Source: Desulfobacterales bacterium (GTDB taxonomy: Bacteria > Desulfobacterota > Desulfobacteria > Desulfobacterales > UBA5616). Taken from it: a stretch of 40,325 bases of DNA. Every line of letters starts with the position of its first letter. Position 1 is the stretch's first letter. The stretch lies in assembly GCA_046483495.1 (NCBI GenBank), contig JAWODC010000012.1, positions 1 to 40,325 of the forward strand, given 5' to 3'. A program made the translations under genes and the position numbers. Below the pieces are notes generated by a model. The model had not been told where the DNA came from and searched no databases. It was given only the letters and a program-made list of their open reading frames with translations. This document shows positions 37,161-40,325 of the stretch, one piece after another.

Positions 37161-38171
37161 TCAGGATTCCAGATACCTGTCCATCAGGTCCTCGCGCATT
37201 CCGCGGCTGATGCCCAAAGCGTTTTCAATGTAATCTTCAATACTTCCGTAATGTTCTTCAATGTATCGAACGGCGGTCTGCAAGTACACCGGATGGACTT
37301 CGAACACCGGCCGCATGACCTCGAGATAAACGTCTTGCGGAATCTCGTATTTCAGAGCCATCAGACGCATTTCAGATTCGATGGGGAAATAGCGCCGGGT
37401 GAGCAGATAGTCCTGCATGATCGTATCCGGGTCCACGCCCAGGGCATACAAAATCAAGGCCGTGCCGAAGCCGGTTCTGTCTTTGCCGGCCGTACAGTGG
37501 ATCAGGCAGGCCCCCTCCCCGGTTTCCAAAAGGCACCTGAACATTTCGGCATACCGGTCAGCCTGGTTTTCGGCAAAATCCAGATAGATGTCGTTCATCA
37601 GTTCCATCATGTCCGCCGGATCGGCCTGTCTCTTTTCAATACGTTCGAGAAAGCTTTTCGAACTGCCCGCTCCGATGGGCAGGTTGACTACGGTCACGTG
37701 ATCTTCATCCGCAAGCCGGCTGGGGGATATCATCTGCTCATCCTCACGCCTGAAATCGCAGATGAGTTGTATATCCAGGCTTGAAAAATAAGTAAGGTCC
37801 CGTTCCGTCAGGTCCGAAAGTCTTCCGGACCGGAAGACTTTTCCCCATTTGACGCGGCGTCCGTCCCGGGTATAATACCCGCCAATGTCCCGGAAGTTTT
37901 TCGCACCTTCGAGGGGAAGGCGCCGTTCCGCAACCACCTCCACGTCTACATCCTGCAAACACAACGAAAAATACCGCCGCGCGTTTCCGTCGAGGCCGGA
38001 TATCAGGGCCGGCGGGCATTCCTGGGTTATCAGGGGACGCGTAAAATCGATGTTTTCGACGGAAAAGCCGGTAAATACAGTGACGGGAAGACCGGGAAGC
38101 CGCACACGCCATTCGATGCGGTAATCACCGGTTTCCGTCAATTCGACCAAGGTTGAATTGGGTATAAACAT
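37161..38171 (-). CDS. Tyrosine-protein-phosphatase family
   Basis: NFRDIGGY, FRSG.LS, CDFR, HCTAGKDRTG (CX5R), DYLLT. Confidence 0.92.
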   Translation of the reverse strand: MFIPNSTLVELTETGDYRIEWRVRLPGLPVTVFTGFSVENIDFTRPLITQECPPALISGLDGNARRYFSLCLQDVDVEVVAERRLPLEGAKNFRDIGGYYTRDGRRVKWGKVFRSGRLSDLTERDLTYFSSLDIQLICDFRREDEQMISPSRLADEDHVTVVNLPIGAGSSKSFLERIEKRQADPADMMELMNDIYLDFAENQADRYAEMFRCLLETGEGACLIHCTAGKDRTGFGTALILYALGVDPDTIMQDYLLTRRYFPIESEMRLMALKYEIPQDVYLEVMRPVFEVHPVYLQTAVRYIEEHYGSIEDYIENALGISRGMREDLMDRYLES

Positions 38172-38245
38172 AATCTTGAATTCTTTTCATTTTTCGATGC
38201 CACAATGCCGGCGATAATACAGCAGGCATTATAAAATTCTACGGG

Positions 38246-40276
38246 TTATCCCCGCTTTTTGCGCATGATCTGTATGCAAGCCACAGTTAAATATATCAGA
38301 ATTCCCGCAAAATAGAAGAAATATTTGGCATTGTCATGCACCCCGACAGCCGATGCGACGGCTCCGGGGTGAAAAAGAATGAACCAGGCGGATAGAAAAA
38401 ACGGGAAGTCATACCACCGGTTTTTTGTCAGGCACCACCCTTGAGCGGCGCATTCGAAGGCCGACATACCGATCAGGGCCATGCTGAAAATCAGCAGCGC
38501 ATGAGACCAGGTGCTTATCCCGAACAGGATCAATTCGGGATTAAAAACGAACATGAAAGCGATACAGGAGGTTCGAATGTCGTATAAAAACCCCTGGATT
38601 CCCGTGGGAATGGGTTCGGATTCAGCTATGGCCGCCGCGGCATAGGCGGCAAGCCCCACCGGCGGGGTGTCATCGGCCAGGATACCGAAATAAAAGCAGA
38701 AAAGATGCGCCGCCATGATGGGGATGATGTACCCGTAAAGGCCGCCGACCTGCACGATAATCGGTGCGGTCAGTGTTGCCATGACAATGTAGGTGGCGGT
38801 GGTGGGCAGCCCCATACCGATAACCAGGCACGCCAGTGCGGTGATCAGCAGCAACAGAAATATATTGCCGCCGGAAAGATTTTCCACGATCCCGGAAATC
38901 ATTCCGCCGATGCCCATGTTCACGACCCCGACGATGATGCCGGCCGTGGCGCATGCCAGGGCCACGGGAATCATGTTTTTGGCTCCCTGTATCATACCCC
39001 CGAATATGATTCGGGCGCTGTTTTTCAGTGCACTGCCGATTCCGGTTTTCTCCAAAACCGCCGATCGGATTTCCTGGTAAAAAATGACGCCGAACAGCAG
39101 CAGGATCGATCTGAAAACCGCCAGTTCCGGGGAATGACGCAGCCAAACGAGTTCGTACAGCAGCATCGCCAATGGAATAAGATAATGGCATCCCCTTTTC
39201 AAGGTTCTTCCAAAATCGGGAAGATACTGCCGGTCCAGACCTCGAATGCCCAGTTTCGAAGCTTCCAGATGTGTTATGCAAAAAAGTCCGAAATAGGATA
39301 CCAACGCCGGAACGGCCGCCGCTTTCACAACGTCGATGTAGGGGACATTGACATATTCGGCAATAATAAAGGCGGCGGCACCCATAATGGGCGGCATCAG
39401 CTGGCCGTCGGTGCTGGCGGCCACTTCCGTGGCAGCGGCCTTTTTCGGCGGATAACCGGTTTTTTTCATCAGGGGAATGGTAAAGGGCCCGGTGGTGACG
39501 ATGTTTGCGATACTGGATCCGGAAACGATTCCTGTAGCACCACTGGCAACAACGGCGGCCTTGGCGGCGCCGCCTTTAAACCGCCCGAGAATGGAAATGG
39601 CCAGGTCCGTAAAAAAAAGGCCCGCACCGGCCCTGTCCAGGAGGGCACCGAAAAGAACGAATAAAAACACGATGGAAGCCGACACCCCCAGCGGAATCCC
39701 GTAAATGCCTTCGGTGGAAAGCGTGACACTGCTTACGTAGCGGGAGAGGGAAACACCCCTGAACGCCAGCATTTGAGGCATATAGGGCCCCAAAAAAGCG
39801 TAAATGGTAAAAAGCAAGGCTATGACCGGCAGCGCCGGACCAACGATGCGCCGTGTCGCTTCCAGCAGCAGGACGACAAGCAGTATGCCGAAAAATAAAT
39901 CCTGCGTGGTCGGAATACCGGCCCTTGATGCGATTTGCCCGTAATTGACAACCAGGTAAAGTGCAGAAACCGCACCCGATACGGCAAGGATGTAATCCAC
40001 CGCCGGAATGTGGTCGGCGGTCCATAAGAAACGGAATCCCGTTCGCTTTTTTGTAAAACAGGGCATCAGCAGAAAAAGCAGGACCATGGCAAACGCCAGG
40101 TGAATCGCCCGTTTTGTAATGACGTCGAGGATAAGGAAACTCGGAAGAGCCAATTGAAAAAGGGACCATCCAACGGCGACACCCGCGACAATCCACTGTT
40201 CAAATCGGCCCAGGGTGCGAACATCTCCCCTTTCCGATTTCAAGAGAGCTTCGGCGGATTCGAACGATTTGGCCAT
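38246..40276 (-). CDS. TRAP transporter fused 4TM/12TM permease (TAXI type)
   Basis: LEATRR, EGIYGIPLGVS, FVLFGA, GQLMPPIMGAAAF, GMGLPTTATY, DDTPPVGLAA. Confidence 0.95.
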   Translation of the reverse strand: MAKSFESAEALLKSERGDVRTLGRFEQWIVAGVAVGWSLFQLALPSFLILDVITKRAIHLAFAMVLLFLLMPCFTKKRTGFRFLWTADHIPAVDYILAVSGAVSALYLVVNYGQIASRAGIPTTQDLFFGILLVVLLLEATRRIVGPALPVIALLFTIYAFLGPYMPQMLAFRGVSLSRYVSSVTLSTEGIYGIPLGVSASIVFLFVLFGALLDRAGAGLFFTDLAISILGRFKGGAAKAAVVASGATGIVSGSSIANIVTTGPFTIPLMKKTGYPPKKAAATEVAASTDGQLMPPIMGAAAFIIAEYVNVPYIDVVKAAAVPALVSYFGLFCITHLEASKLGIRGLDRQYLPDFGRTLKRGCHYLIPLAMLLYELVWLRHSPELAVFRSILLLFGVIFYQEIRSAVLEKTGIGSALKNSARIIFGGMIQGAKNMIPVALACATAGIIVGVVNMGIGGMISGIVENLSGGNIFLLLLITALACLVIGMGLPTTATYIVMATLTAPIIVQVGGLYGYIIPIMAAHLFCFYFGILADDTPPVGLAAYAAAAIAESEPIPTGIQGFLYDIRTSCIAFMFVFNPELILFGISTWSHALLIFSMALIGMSAFECAAQGWCLTKNRWYDFPFFLSAWFILFHPGAVASAVGVHDNAKYFFYFAGILIYLTVACIQIMRKKRG

Positions 40277-40304
40277 GATTCGCTGTTTCCAGGCAGCTGA
40301 TCGA

Positions 40305-40325
40305 TTATTTCAACCCGACTTCACG
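40305..40325 (-). CDS. Probable C-terminal tail of a TAXI-TRAP substrate-binding protein (partial)
   Basis: Reads ...REVGLK-stop 28 nt before the permease ATG, resembling TAXI receptor C-termini; only 7 codons visible. Confidence 0.5.
   Translation of the reverse strand, partial: REVGLK

Overview
This ~40 kb window looks like chromosomal DNA from a deltaproteobacterium, probably Desulfobacterales-like (inferred from gene content and intergenic repeat style). In order it carries: the 5' end of tuf behind a tRNA Thr-Tyr-Gly-Thr cluster; an M20 amidohydrolase, SDR, QueG-like Fe-S protein, carboxyltransferase and DsrE-family gene; an acyl-CoA operon (HMG-CoA-synthase-like/DUF35 fusion, thiolase, two crotonases, acyl-CoA ligase) divergent from an unannotated 46-aa desulforedoxin-like gene and a FabK/NMO-family flavoenzyme; a six-gene TonB/ExbBD system interrupted by a 143-bp MITE-like element; a Nudix hydrolase with an AAA+ ATPase/VWA pair; an EHD-like dynamin-family protein with two predicted TM helices; several accessory enzymes; a hemC-ectABC-ask ectoine cluster; YitT, a DhnA-family aldolase, a tyrosine-phosphatase-family gene and a TAXI-TRAP transporter. 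The strongest candidates for follow-up are the small Cys-rich protein with its PhlABC-like thiolase module, the bacterial EHD homolog, hemC coupled to ectA, and the MITE with a reconstructable empty site. All calls come from motif recognition; no searches were run.
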